DNA of 15,434 nucleotides from Parcubacteria group bacterium (GTDB lineage Bacteria; Patescibacteriota; Minisyncoccia; Moranbacterales; UBA11712): NCBI GenBank assembly GCA_041659065.1, contig JBAZYY010000019.1, positions 1 to 15,434 of the forward strand, read 5' to 3'. Shown piece by piece: positions 15,303 to 15,434 of this stretch (position 1 is its first letter; each line of letters starts with the position of its first letter). The notes under the pieces were generated by a model. It saw only the letters and a program-made list of their open reading frames with translations, ran no database searches and was not told where the DNA came from. The position numbers and the translations under genes were made by a program.

Positions 15303-15434
15303 TCAATTATTGTAGCATTGCAGCGTCAAGTTTACACTAGCCAGCTCATTTAGTCTTTCCATGGGAGTTAAGCCTTCCATGCCCAATCCACGGTGCTTTT
15401 TCTGGTAATTGTAATAGTGCAGAAACAGGTTTAG
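15303..15434 (-). CDS. 3' end of a DDE transposase gene (rve integrase-core type, IS3/IS481-like); partial
   Basis: The reverse-strand translation from the window edge is LNLFLHYYNYQKKHRGLGMEGLTPMERLNELASVNLTLQCYNN*. The HYYN-x4-H-x-GLG-x3-TP-x-ER motif is the typical C-terminus of rve-family transposases. The stop (tca on the + strand) is at 15303-15305. Confidence 0.5.
   Translation of the reverse strand, partial: LNLFLHYYNYQKKHRGLGMEGLTPMERLNELASVNLTLQCYNN

Overview
This window is an AT-rich, small-genome bacterial locus with sparse Shine-Dalgarno usage, consistent with a CPR/Patescibacteria-like organism (inference). Both window edges are C-terminal fragments of DDE transposases that point inward. 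The housekeeping genes are an MBL-fold UPF0173-like hydrolase, gyrA, an RluA-family pseudouridine synthase, tRNA-Leu(UAG), and an SPFH/band-7 protein translationally coupled to a Pro/Ala-rich membrane protein. The centre of the window (about 5.5-10.3 kb) is the main result: a tandem array of five paralogous small secreted proteins. All five share a signal peptide followed by a two-TM hairpin module, TM1-MYLVAAGDEKRQE-AK-AMYYSIIGVIVGL-TM2. I read this as the TrbC/VirB2-like 'T4SS pilin' family that is expanded in CPR genomes. Three of the five carry diversified cysteine-rich extracytoplasmic domains. One of these is a repeated 6-Cys module ending in vicinal Cys-Cys. One gene fuses two pilin modules in a single polypeptide. 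One paralog has a CT-rich hexanucleotide microsatellite and poly-C tracts inside its signal-peptide coding region. An orphan ABC-type solute-binding lipoprotein and a membrane-anchored hypothetical protein are embedded in or adjacent to the array. No VirB4, VirD4 or other T4SS machinery genes are present in the window. All calls are by eye from the sequence and the ORF track; no searches were run.
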